A stretch of DNA of 64,000 nt from an uncultured Arcobacter sp. (lineage in GTDB: Bacteria; Campylobacterota; Campylobacteria; Campylobacterales; Arcobacteraceae). The notes beneath the pieces are model-generated. The model saw nothing but the letters and a program-made list of their open reading frames with translations. It did no database searches and was not told the origin of the DNA. The DNA is taken from the NCBI GenBank assembly GCA_965140705.1, contig OZ223300.1:1088001-1152000 (forward strand), written 5' to 3'. Each line of letters starts with the position of its first letter. The stretch's first letter is position 1. Below are positions 52,507-61,697 of this stretch, in pieces. Made by a program: the position numbers and the translations under genes.

Positions 52507-52962
52507 ATGACAAATAGAATAAATTTAAAAAAATCAAATCCAACTGCATTTAATAAAGTAATTGAATTAAATAATGAAGTTAAATTACTTATAAAAAAAG
52601 CAAATATTGAAGAGAGCTTTTTTCATCTTTTATTATTAAGAGTTTCTCAAATAAATGGTTGCGCTTATTGTCTTAGAATGCATACAAAAGATGCACTTGA
52701 TTGTGGGGAAAGTATAGAAAGAATAAGTGTTATACCTGCATGGAGAGAAACGCAATATTTCAACGAAAAAGAAAGAGCTAGTTTGTCTTTAGTTGAAGCT
52801 ATAAGTAATATCACACAAGGACAAGTTCCCAATGAAGTTTACGAAGAGGCAAGCAAAGTTTTAAATGAAGATGAAATTGCAGCTGTTGAGTGGGCAGCAA
52901 TCACAATGAATACATTAAATAGAATAGCAATAGCAAGTCGATATGAAGTCAAAGAGGGATAA
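52507..52962 (+). CDS. Carboxymuconolactone decarboxylase/AhpD family protein
   Basis: RVSQINGCAYCLRMH, WRE, ERA. Confidence 0.92.
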   Translation: MTNRINLKKSNPTAFNKVIELNNEVKLLIKKANIEESFFHLLLLRVSQINGCAYCLRMHTKDALDCGESIERISVIPAWRETQYFNEKERASLSLVEAISNITQGQVPNEVYEEASKVLNEDEIAAVEWAAITMNTLNRIAIASRYEVKEG

Positions 52963-53217
52963 ATTATTTTAAATAGAATTATGCAAGTTAAAAAATATTA
53001 TAAAACTACCCCTTTACTCTATAGGGAACAGAACTTATAAGATAATCAACTTTTCTTATACTTTAAATTCTTAGATTTATTTATAATGAGCAAAATTGAA
53101 AAAGGAGTTTTTTTAATTTTGCTGATTTCTATTTAATAAATTTATTCATTTAGAAAGCCTAACTTAATGGAAGCTTGATACAATTTTCTCAAAAAAATGT
53201 AAAGGTGATAATATAAA

Positions 53218-54393
53218 ATGATTACTAAAAAACAAATCTTTGTGATGTCAGCAACAGCAGGAATTAGTGTTGCAAATATATATTATAATCAACCAATTTT
53301 AAATGATATAGCAAAAGACTTAAATTTAAGTCACCTAGCTGTAGGAAATCTTCCTACATTTTCCCAAGTAGGATATGGGTTGGGACTATTTTTTGTAAGT
53401 CCACTCGGTGATAAAATGGATAGAAAAAAACTAATTATTATTTTGCATGTATTATTAGGTCTATCTTTACTTGGACTTGCATTTATAAGTAATATTTTTG
53501 TTTTATATATTTTAAGTCTTATGGCTGGCTTATTTGCAGTTTCTGCTCAAGTTGTTATTCCAATGGCAGCAGCTATGAGTGGAAAAGATAAGGGTAGGGT
53601 TGTAGGAACTATTTTTAGTGGCTTGTTAACTGGAATACTATTAGCAAGAACTTTAAGTGGGTATATAACTGATTGGTTTGATAATTGGCATGTGATATTT
53701 GGTTTTTCTGCTCTTTTGGTATTTGCAACGATAATTTTTATTTCAAAAACTTTGCCAAATATGGAACCACATTTTGAAAAGAGTTATTTTTCACTTTTAA
53801 AATCATCAATTTATCAATTAAAAAGATTTTCACTACTTAGAAGAAATACTTTATTGGTTTCAACATCATTTGGAATTTTCTGTTCTTTTTGGACAACTTT
53901 AACTTTCAAATTAAGTGAAGACCCTTTTAATTATGATAGTGATGCTATTGGATTGTTTGGAATATTAGCAGTAGCAGGTGCCTCGTTAGCTCCTTATATT
54001 GGAAGATTATCAGATAAGATAAATGCAAATGGAATCAAACTAATTTCAACACTAATGATAATAGTTAGTGTAATCATAATTAGAGAATTTGATATGAGTT
54101 TATATGCTTTTATTTTGGCAACTTTATTTATAGATATTGGATTTCAAGCAATTCAAATTAATAATTTATCACAAATTTATGGTTTAGATGAAAAAGCACA
54201 CAGTAGAATAAATACAGCCTATATGTCTGCGATGTTTGTGGGTGGTTCAATTGGAACTTTTATTGGAGTACTATGTTGGGAAAAAGGTGGTTGGAATTTT
54301 GTAACATTACAACTATTAGCTTTAGCAATTATTTCTTTAGTAATAATTGTATATAGTTGTATAAATAAAAATATAGTGACAAATGATAATTAG
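53218..54393 (+). CDS. MFS transporter
   Basis: YYNQP, PLGDKMDRKK, GLLTGILLARTLSG; about 12 TM segments. Confidence 0.92.
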   Translation: MITKKQIFVMSATAGISVANIYYNQPILNDIAKDLNLSHLAVGNLPTFSQVGYGLGLFFVSPLGDKMDRKKLIIILHVLLGLSLLGLAFISNIFVLYILSLMAGLFAVSAQVVIPMAAAMSGKDKGRVVGTIFSGLLTGILLARTLSGYITDWFDNWHVIFGFSALLVFATIIFISKTLPNMEPHFEKSYFSLLKSSIYQLKRFSLLRRNTLLVSTSFGIFCSFWTTLTFKLSEDPFNYDSDAIGLFGILAVAGASLAPYIGRLSDKINANGIKLISTLMIIVSVIIIREFDMSLYAFILATLFIDIGFQAIQINNLSQIYGLDEKAHSRINTAYMSAMFVGGSIGTFIGVLCWEKGGWNFVTLQLLALAIISLVIIVYSCINKNIVTNDN

Positions 54394-54405
54394 CAAAGGA
54401 TAAAA

Positions 54406-54693
54406 GTGTTTATAATAAACTTAACTTATATAAAGCCACTAGATGAGGTAGATATTCATCTTGAAGCACATGTAAAATATTTAAAAGAGCAATATAAAGA
54501 AGGAAACTTTATAGCTTCAGGAAGAAAAATTCCAAGAGATGGTGGAGTGATACTTTCAAAACTTGATTCAAAAGAGAAATTAGAAGAAGTGCTTGCAAAA
54601 GATCCATTTAAACTTGCAAATGTTGCAAATTATGAAATAATAGAATTTGTACCAAGTATGACATCAGACGAGTATGAAAATTTGAAATCATAA
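54406..54693 (+). CDS. YciI family protein
   Basis: HLEAH, ASGRKIPRDGG, DPF. Confidence 0.88.
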   Translation: MFIINLTYIKPLDEVDIHLEAHVKYLKEQYKEGNFIASGRKIPRDGGVILSKLDSKEKLEEVLAKDPFKLANVANYEIIEFVPSMTSDEYENLKS

Positions 54694-54707
54694 ATTAGTA
54701 TTTAATG

Positions 54708-55574
54708 CTAATTTTTGGTTTTTTTAACTTCTTCTAAAAAAAACTCTTCTAATCTTTTATCTCCATAGGTAGAAGCAATATTGTCTTTTGCCAAAAGAGT
54801 TAAAAAAAATTCAATTGGTCCATATACTTTAGATGAAGTGAAAATTCTAAGAAGTTTTATAATAAGAACTCTAATAAAATCAGGCAAATGTACTATTTTA
54901 ATCTCTTTGTTCCAAGCTTTTAGTGCAAGTTTAGCTATTTCATTTTGAGTTAGTATATCTGGACCTCCTATTTGTTCCTCTTCATTATCATTTGAAATTA
55001 GTTTTTTTACACAAAATTTTGCTAAATCTTCTCCATGTATAGGATTAAGTTTATATTGCCCATGAGAAAATAGATATATTTTTCCATTTTTTGCCATATT
55101 TAAAAAATCTTTCATATCTGAAAAAAAGCCATTTGGTCTTATGATACTATATTTTAATGATGAGTTTTTTAATTCCTCAACAAACTTCTCTTTTGCTTCA
55201 AATATTTTTAAATTTTTAAATTTATCTCCATCTATAGCAGAGATGTATTCAAATTTTGTTACATTTGATTTAATAGCTTCATTTAATAAATTTTTATTTC
55301 CTTGATAATCCACATCCATATAAGTTAAACCATCTCTTTGTCTAGTAATACCAATACTTGAGAAAATATAATCAATATTATTAGCTATATTATTTAATGT
55401 TTCAGGTTTTGTAACTTCTCCTATAAAAAACTCATCAACATTTGAAAATAACTCTTTTTGTTTTTCCTCTCTAATTAATACTCTTACAAAGTAATCTTGC
55501 TTTTTTAACTCTTTTACAATATATTGACCTAAATATCCTGTTGCTCCTGCAACTAAAAATCTTTTTTTCTTCAA
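54708..55574 (-). CDS. Atypical SDR / NAD(P)H-binding oxidoreductase
   Basis: VAGATGYLG, IIRPNGFF, PIHGEDLA. Confidence 0.88.
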   Translation of the reverse strand: MKKKRFLVAGATGYLGQYIVKELKKQDYFVRVLIREEKQKELFSNVDEFFIGEVTKPETLNNIANNIDYIFSSIGITRQRDGLTYMDVDYQGNKNLLNEAIKSNVTKFEYISAIDGDKFKNLKIFEAKEKFVEELKNSSLKYSIIRPNGFFSDMKDFLNMAKNGKIYLFSHGQYKLNPIHGEDLAKFCVKKLISNDNEEEQIGGPDILTQNEIAKLALKAWNKEIKIVHLPDFIRVLIIKLLRIFTSSKVYGPIEFFLTLLAKDNIASTYGDKRLEEFFLEEVKKTKN

Positions 55575-55618
55575 GATTCTTTCCTTAGATTGATTATTTG
55601 TTTTGTTTTTATTTGATA

Positions 55619-56491
55619 TTATAATTTTTTTAATTCAGATAGTATAAAAGAATTTATTATTTCACATAATTCTTCAGCTTTTTCTTCTGGAACATAATGT
55701 CCACACTCTTTTATAACCGAACTTATAACATTATTTGAAATCTTTTTCATGGCAATACCCACTTGCTCAGAAACAGCAAATTCCCCTCCAATTGCTAAAA
55801 TTTTTGTTGATATTTTAGAAGTTTGCTTTTTGTTTTGAAGAGCACTTTTTTCAAAGTATCTATAATATTCAAATCCATTTTTCATTTTATTTGGTTTTAT
55901 ATATGATAAATAGTAATTTTCTATATCTTCTTCTTTTATTGAATTTTTAATGTAAGATTTTTTCTCAAAATACCATGAAATATACTCTTTTTCTTTACCT
56001 TTAGTTAAAAATTCTGGAATAGAATCTAAACTATGAAAATAAAATTGCCAAACTTTATTTGCATTTTCTAATTTGAATAAATCATCAGGTATTAAGCCTG
56101 GAATTCCAGCATCTATAATAACTAGACTATTTAAATACTCTTCAAAAAATAAAGAATAACTTGTGGCAACCCAAGCACCTATGTCATGCCCAATTAGATG
56201 GAATTTTTTTATACCTAATTTATTTCTAAAATCATTAATAATTGTTGCAATATTTTTTGTATCATAGTTTAAAGTATCACTACTATTCCCTAAACCTGGT
56301 AAATCAAGAGCTATAACTCTAAAGTTCTTTGATAAAATTGGAATTACCTTTCTCCACATATATGATGTTTGTGGCCAACCATGAAGTAAAATAATAACTT
56401 CTCCTTCCCCTTCTTGATGATAAGCAATCTCTATTTCATCTAAAAACAATTTTTTTTCATTTAAAAATTTATAAATAGTTGTATTTGGCAT
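55619..56491 (-). CDS. Alpha/beta hydrolase, epoxide-hydrolase-like
   Basis: HGWPQ, GHDIGA nucleophile Asp, GHYVPEE. Confidence 0.9.
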   Translation of the reverse strand: MPNTTIYKFLNEKKLFLDEIEIAYHQEGEGEVIILLHGWPQTSYMWRKVIPILSKNFRVIALDLPGLGNSSDTLNYDTKNIATIINDFRNKLGIKKFHLIGHDIGAWVATSYSLFFEEYLNSLVIIDAGIPGLIPDDLFKLENANKVWQFYFHSLDSIPEFLTKGKEKEYISWYFEKKSYIKNSIKEEDIENYYLSYIKPNKMKNGFEYYRYFEKSALQNKKQTSKISTKILAIGGEFAVSEQVGIAMKKISNNVISSVIKECGHYVPEEKAEELCEIINSFILSELKKL

Positions 56492-56508
56492 TTTAGTCCT
56501 TTTTATTT

Positions 56509-56560
56509 GTTGACCAGTAGGTCTAGTGAAACTATATCAAAACTAGACCAGCTTGTCAAC
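56509..56560. promoter_or_regulatory. Two candidate TetR operators
   Basis: TTGACC-AGTA-GGTCTA and TAGACC-AGCT-TGTCAA between the divergent hydrolase and tetR genes. Confidence 0.7.
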
Positions 56561-56581
56561 TAAAAAATGATACACTTATAT

Positions 56582-57157
56582 ATGGAAAAAATTAATACAA
56601 AAAATAGATTAATAGAGTCGGCATATAATGAAATATATGAAAATGGCTATCAAGGTGCTTCTTTAAATACTATTTTAAAAAATGCAAATGTTCACAAAGG
56701 ATCAATGTATCACTTTTTTTCAACAAAAAAAGAGATGGCACTATGTGCAATTCAAGAGAAGATTTATGCAAAATTTGAAGAGAGATATGAAAGAATCTTA
56801 AATTTAGATAGCAATTATTTAGAAGCATTAATTGAACAGTTAAAAGATACTTCCCAAAGGGATTTTATAAGAGGCTGTCCCATAGCAAATATTGTGCAAG
56901 AGATGTCTAATATTGATGATGAGTTTAAAGTTATAATGGAAAAGATATATTATACTTTTAGGAAAAGTATAAAAAATATTTTAGATATGGCAATAGAAAA
57001 AAAAGAGATGAAAGAGTGTGATACTAATAAATTATCTCTTTATATTGCTTCAACATTGGAAGGTGCAATTCTTTCAGCAAAAGCTACTGGAAATGTACAA
57101 GATTATAGTGATGTAATTGATATGTTAGCTATATTTATTTTGTCTTTTAAAAACTAG
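56582..57157 (+). CDS. TetR-family regulator (NemR/LmrA-like)
   Basis: HKGSMYHFFSTKKE, GCPIAN, LEGA; start uncertain (56567 or 56582). Confidence 0.9.
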   Translation: MEKINTKNRLIESAYNEIYENGYQGASLNTILKNANVHKGSMYHFFSTKKEMALCAIQEKIYAKFEERYERILNLDSNYLEALIEQLKDTSQRDFIRGCPIANIVQEMSNIDDEFKVIMEKIYYTFRKSIKNILDMAIEKKEMKECDTNKLSLYIASTLEGAILSAKATGNVQDYSDVIDMLAIFILSFKN

Positions 57158-57179
57158 ATATATATTGTGTGGATAAAAA

Positions 57180-57920
57180 ATGATAAAGAATAGTATTACT
57201 GTTTTAGGTAGTGGTTGGTTGGGTTTCCCATTAGCTCAAACATTATCAAAAGAGTTTTCTATAAAATTATCTACAACTTCGTATTCTAAATTTGAAAACT
57301 TAAAAGATGAAAATATCACACCATTTATTGTCGACATAAATAGTTTAATTGGGGATATTGATAAGTTTTTATCTTCAGATATTTTTATTATAAATATACC
57401 TTCAAAAAATATAGATGGATTTAAAGAGTTGATTAAACATATACTAAATTCAAGTATTAAAAAAATTGTTTTTATCAGTTCAATTTCAGTATTGAAAGAT
57501 GAAACAAGTCCCTTACTTGAAATAGAAAATCTATTTAAAAAGACAAATCTTGAAATAACAATTTTAAGATTTGGAGGGCTTATAGGATATGGAAGAAATC
57601 CTGCAAAATTTTTCCCAAATGGAAAAGTTGTAAAAGATGTAAATGCACCTGTAAATATGATACATAGGGATGATTGTATTAGTATAATAGGAAATGTAAT
57701 TAAACAAGATATTTTTGATGAAACTTTTAATTGCGTTGCTCCTTCCCATCCTACAAAAAAAGAGTTTTATACCTATTGTGCAAAAGTATCAGGTTTACCT
57801 GTTCCAACTTTTGATTCAGGGAAAAATGAAAGCAATAAAAAAATAGTAAAGAGTGATTTGCTTGTATCAAAACTAAACTATAAATTTATTCATGACGATT
57901 TGATGAAAATAGTATTTTAA
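57180..57920 (+). CDS. NAD-dependent epimerase/dehydratase-like (YeeZ-like)
   Basis: LGSGWLG, LRFGGLIG, VNMIHRDD. Confidence 0.8.
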   Translation: MIKNSITVLGSGWLGFPLAQTLSKEFSIKLSTTSYSKFENLKDENITPFIVDINSLIGDIDKFLSSDIFIINIPSKNIDGFKELIKHILNSSIKKIVFISSISVLKDETSPLLEIENLFKKTNLEITILRFGGLIGYGRNPAKFFPNGKVVKDVNAPVNMIHRDDCISIIGNVIKQDIFDETFNCVAPSHPTKKEFYTYCAKVSGLPVPTFDSGKNESNKKIVKSDLLVSKLNYKFIHDDLMKIVF

Positions 57921-57935
57921 AAAGGAAAAATCATT

Positions 57936-58787
57936 TTGACTTATGTAGTGCCAAATTATTTTATTGAAAACAAATATAAAAACCTTTTAAAAATAGATGA
58001 TTTATTGTGTTTAAATTATATCACTAAAACACAAAACTCCAATGTATATGCTAGAACAACAATGCATAGTATGGGTATAGTACTTGAAGGTTCAAAAGTT
58101 ATTCATTTAAGTAAGGAAGATATTAATATACAAAAATCAGATATATTTTTTCTTACTCAAAATAACTACTATATGAGTGAAAGATTGGTTAATGATTCTA
58201 AGTACAAGTCATTATTAGTATATTTTGATGATAAATTTATTTTTGATTTTATAAATAAATACAATATTCAAATCAATACAAAAGATGAAGAGAGTACAGT
58301 AAAGGCAAGTTATAAAAGTGATAAATTATTTGAAAATAGTGTGCAAACTTTTCAAGAATATTTAAAAGTTGAGTTCAATGAAAATCTTTTAAAACTTAAA
58401 ATTGAAGAGCTATTTCTACAAGCAATAAAACACAATGAAAAGCAAATGTACTCTTTTTTTAACTCAATTTTAGCTACAAGTCAAGATAGAATCAAATATA
58501 TACTAGAATCAAACATTGATCTTATCCAAACCCTTGATGATATGTGTAAAATCACAAGATTATCAGAAAATAAAATTAGAAGATATATTAAAAAAGAGTT
58601 TAACCAAACTCCAAAAATATGGCTTGATACAAAAAGATTAGAAAAAGCAATTTTACTTTTAACTAATACAAATAAAAGTATTTCTGATATATCTACAACT
58701 TGTGGATACTCTACTGTATCATGGTTTATTTCCCAATTTAAGAAATATTATAAGCAAACACCTAAAGAATTCCGACATAAAATCTAA
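57936..58787 (+). CDS. AraC-family regulator
   Basis: RLEKAILLL...ISDIS..CGY....F...FKKYYKQTPKEFR. Confidence 0.92.
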   Translation: MTYVVPNYFIENKYKNLLKIDDLLCLNYITKTQNSNVYARTTMHSMGIVLEGSKVIHLSKEDINIQKSDIFFLTQNNYYMSERLVNDSKYKSLLVYFDDKFIFDFINKYNIQINTKDEESTVKASYKSDKLFENSVQTFQEYLKVEFNENLLKLKIEELFLQAIKHNEKQMYSFFNSILATSQDRIKYILESNIDLIQTLDDMCKITRLSENKIRRYIKKEFNQTPKIWLDTKRLEKAILLLTNTNKSISDISTTCGYSTVSWFISQFKKYYKQTPKEFRHKI

Positions 58788-58852
58788 GATTTCTTGTACA
58801 TATATATTTTAAACTTTTGTAAAATACCTATAGATTTACAAAAAGGAAGAGT

Positions 58853-59377
58853 ATGAAAAAAATATGTATTGCATTAATCTTTAGTGTTGGGTTGTTATTT
58901 GCCCAAGGTTTTACTTTAAGTAGTAATGATATACAAGGACAACTTTCAAATGAACAAGTTTTTAATGGCTTTGGTTGTACAGGAAAAAATATCTCTCCAC
59001 AACTTTCTTGGAAAGATGCACCTAAAGAAACAAAATCTTTTGCAATAACTGCTTATGATCCTGATGCTCCAACAGGAAGTGGTTGGTGGCATTGGGTAGT
59101 TTTTAATATTCCAAAAGATAAAACAAGTTTAGAAAAGGGTTTTGGAAATAAAGAGTATTCAAATATCATTCAAAGTGTGACTGACTATGGTAAAACTGGT
59201 TTTGGTGGTGCTTGTCCTCCTGTTGGAGATAAGGCTCATAGATACATTTTTACAGTGTATGCTTTAGATATAGATAAACTTGATTTAAATAAAAATGCAT
59301 CAGCTGCTTTAGTTGGATATATGATTAATGCCCATGCCATAAAAAAATCATCAATTATTGCTTATTATGGGAGATAA
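58853..59377 (+). CDS. YbhB/YbcL (PEBP) family protein
   Basis: Signal peptide, DPDAPTGSGWWHW, GACPP, HRY. Confidence 0.93.
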   Translation: MKKICIALIFSVGLLFAQGFTLSSNDIQGQLSNEQVFNGFGCTGKNISPQLSWKDAPKETKSFAITAYDPDAPTGSGWWHWVVFNIPKDKTSLEKGFGNKEYSNIIQSVTDYGKTGFGGACPPVGDKAHRYIFTVYALDIDKLDLNKNASAALVGYMINAHAIKKSSIIAYYGR

Positions 59378-59380
59378 TAT

Positions 59381-60130
59381 ATGAAAGAATCAAACAGTTG
59401 GAATGCAAACAAATATAAAAAACATGCAAATTTTGTATCAAATTTGGCATTAGGGGTAGTTGAATTACTAAATCCAAAAGAGGGCGAGAAAATTTTGGAT
59501 TTAGGTTGTGGTGAGGGAACTTTGGCTTTAGAGATAAAAAAATCAAAAGCTGAAGTTGTAGGTATAGATTTAAATGAAGATATGGTTGAAAAAACAAAAT
59601 CTAAAGGAATAATAGCAAGTGTTGGAAGTGCTACAGATTTGGATTTTGAAAATGAGTTTGATGCAATTTTCTCAAATGCAGTATTGCATTGGGTAAAGAA
59701 TAGTGAACTTGCAATTCAAAAGATAAATAAAGCTTTAAAAAAAGAGGGTAGATTTGTAGCTGAATTTGGTGGCTATGGAAATATTAAGAGTCTAACGGAT
59801 GCTATGCAAGAAGTTTTTGATAAGTATCCTTCATGGGGAGGCTTTAATAATCCTTGGACTTTTTTAAGTGATACAGAGTATAAAACGCTTTTGGAAAATA
59901 ATGGTTTTACTGTAGAATATATAGAACTAATACCAAGACCAACACCAATTGATGATATCACAAATTGGTTAGATATATTTGCAAATGGTATAACAAAAAA
60001 TTTAAATGATGAGCAAAAAATATTATTTAAAGAAGAAGTAAAAAAGATATTAAAACCAAAACTATATAATGAAAAAGATGCTTGGATTGCTGATTATGTA
60101 AGATTAAGAGTTAAGGCTATTAAGAAGTAA
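59381..60130 (+). CDS. Class I SAM-dependent methyltransferase
   Basis: ILDLGCGEG, FDAIFSNAVLHW. Confidence 0.92.
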   Translation: MKESNSWNANKYKKHANFVSNLALGVVELLNPKEGEKILDLGCGEGTLALEIKKSKAEVVGIDLNEDMVEKTKSKGIIASVGSATDLDFENEFDAIFSNAVLHWVKNSELAIQKINKALKKEGRFVAEFGGYGNIKSLTDAMQEVFDKYPSWGGFNNPWTFLSDTEYKTLLENNGFTVEYIELIPRPTPIDDITNWLDIFANGITKNLNDEQKILFKEEVKKILKPKLYNEKDAWIADYVRLRVKAIKK

Positions 60131-60144
60131 ATAGTATTTACTTC

Positions 60145-61371
60145 TTAATAGGTAAATATTAATTTTAATTGATTTGTTCTTTGCTTAGTTAAATATGCTT
60201 CCCAATTTTCTTTTTTTGAAGAGGGATTTATTGCTAAAAAGAGTTTAGTATTATCATCTCTATATTTTATCCAAATCCTTTGAACATTTCTTATATTATC
60301 AGAGGTTATTGGATATGACATTGTATATTCTATACTTGACTTTTTGAGTTTTTTTAGAACTTTTTTGTATGTTTCATTTAATTTTTTGTCATAGTATTTT
60401 AAAGAATACTTTAATTTTGGAGTAAAACCTTTATTTACTTTTTTTAGTAGTTTTAAATATTCGTTTTTTTGTTTAGTTTCTGAATTTATTAGAAAACTAG
60501 CTCTTCCTGAACCTCCATGCCCTTCTTCTAAAATAGCCTTTTTTTCGATAAATTTATTTGTATATTTTAAAGCATTATCAAGTAATGTTTGATTTTCTTT
60601 TATAAGTGTATTTCTAAATTGTTTTATCTCTTTATCTCTTTTTATTTGTTGTTTTTCTTCCTCTTTTTTTGCACAATATCCCATGCCCATACCACTTGTG
60701 ATAAAATTGCACAAGTCAAATTTAGCAATACCTTTTTGCCAATTTTTATATGTGGCTTTTACTGCTTCCTCATATTCTGCTGGTACATTTCCTCCCCTTA
60801 CAACCAAATCAAAAACAAGTTTTGGATTGGCTTTTCCAAATCTTCCATTTTTTGCTGCTTCTTGGGCTAGTTCCCATATGAAATAAAGTGAAGAGTCTGT
60901 ATTTTTTATATTGTATTTTTTTATAAATGCTTTTGCATCAAAATCACTAGATTTTACTGCTAATTTTAGAGTCTCTACTATGTTTTTTTCATCATATAAT
61001 TTTAAATTTGGATTACTCTTTTTAGCTTGTTTATATACTTCTAAAGCTTTTTTAGGATTTGCAAGTTCTAAACTATTTGCTCTAAAAAGTAAATCATCCA
61101 AAGCATAAGCTAATGCTTTCTCATGACCTTTTATTGCAGCTTGTGTAAAGTGATAAATGGATTGTTCTTTTGTAAGTACATATTTATATGCTAGTGCAAA
61201 ATGAGCTTTGGCATCTCCTTTTTTTGCAGCTTCTTCATATAACTTTTTTGCTTGTATTGTTTTACCTGATTTATAAAGATTGTCTGCTTTTGATAGGAGG
61301 TCTATTCCATTTTCTGCAAAACAAAAGTTCAATGAGAAAAATATCAAAATAAGTAGGCTTAAAAGTTTCAT
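60145..61371 (-). CDS. Secreted protein with Sel1-like repeats and LprI/DUF1311-like C-terminus
   Basis: Signal peptide; AAKKGDAKAHFALA; DKKLNETYK...QRIWIKYRD...TKQRT. Confidence 0.7.
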   Translation of the reverse strand: MKLLSLLILIFFSLNFCFAENGIDLLSKADNLYKSGKTIQAKKLYEEAAKKGDAKAHFALAYKYVLTKEQSIYHFTQAAIKGHEKALAYALDDLLFRANSLELANPKKALEVYKQAKKSNPNLKLYDEKNIVETLKLAVKSSDFDAKAFIKKYNIKNTDSSLYFIWELAQEAAKNGRFGKANPKLVFDLVVRGGNVPAEYEEAVKATYKNWQKGIAKFDLCNFITSGMGMGYCAKKEEEKQQIKRDKEIKQFRNTLIKENQTLLDNALKYTNKFIEKKAILEEGHGGSGRASFLINSETKQKNEYLKLLKKVNKGFTPKLKYSLKYYDKKLNETYKKVLKKLKKSSIEYTMSYPITSDNIRNVQRIWIKYRDDNTKLFLAINPSSKKENWEAYLTKQRTNQLKLIFTY

Positions 61372-61697
61372 TATAATTATTCTTTTTAATGATTATATAG
61401 TAAGTTTATTAAATAGAGTTTTAGGTAACTAGTAGGAAAATCCTACCAGTTATTTTTCATTAAATCTTGTTCTTTCAAGCTTTCATGACTTAATGAGACC
61501 TGAATTTTGTAATTCTAGTAGAAGATAATACAAAAAAGATTAAAAAGTAAAATTTTTTTTACTTTTTCTTAAAAAACTCACTAATTTTGTTACTTAATTA
61601 TATCTAAAGAAAAGAAAGTAATTTTAATGATTATTTAAGTAAAATAAAATATAAATATAATTACTCATTTAAAGTGTATTATGATATTGGGAGGCTT

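Noticed and set aside
61427..61530. Hairpin plus short broken minus-strand frame upstream of the Sel1-LprI gene
   Set aside because: Possibly a terminator and gene scar, but no family is recognisable
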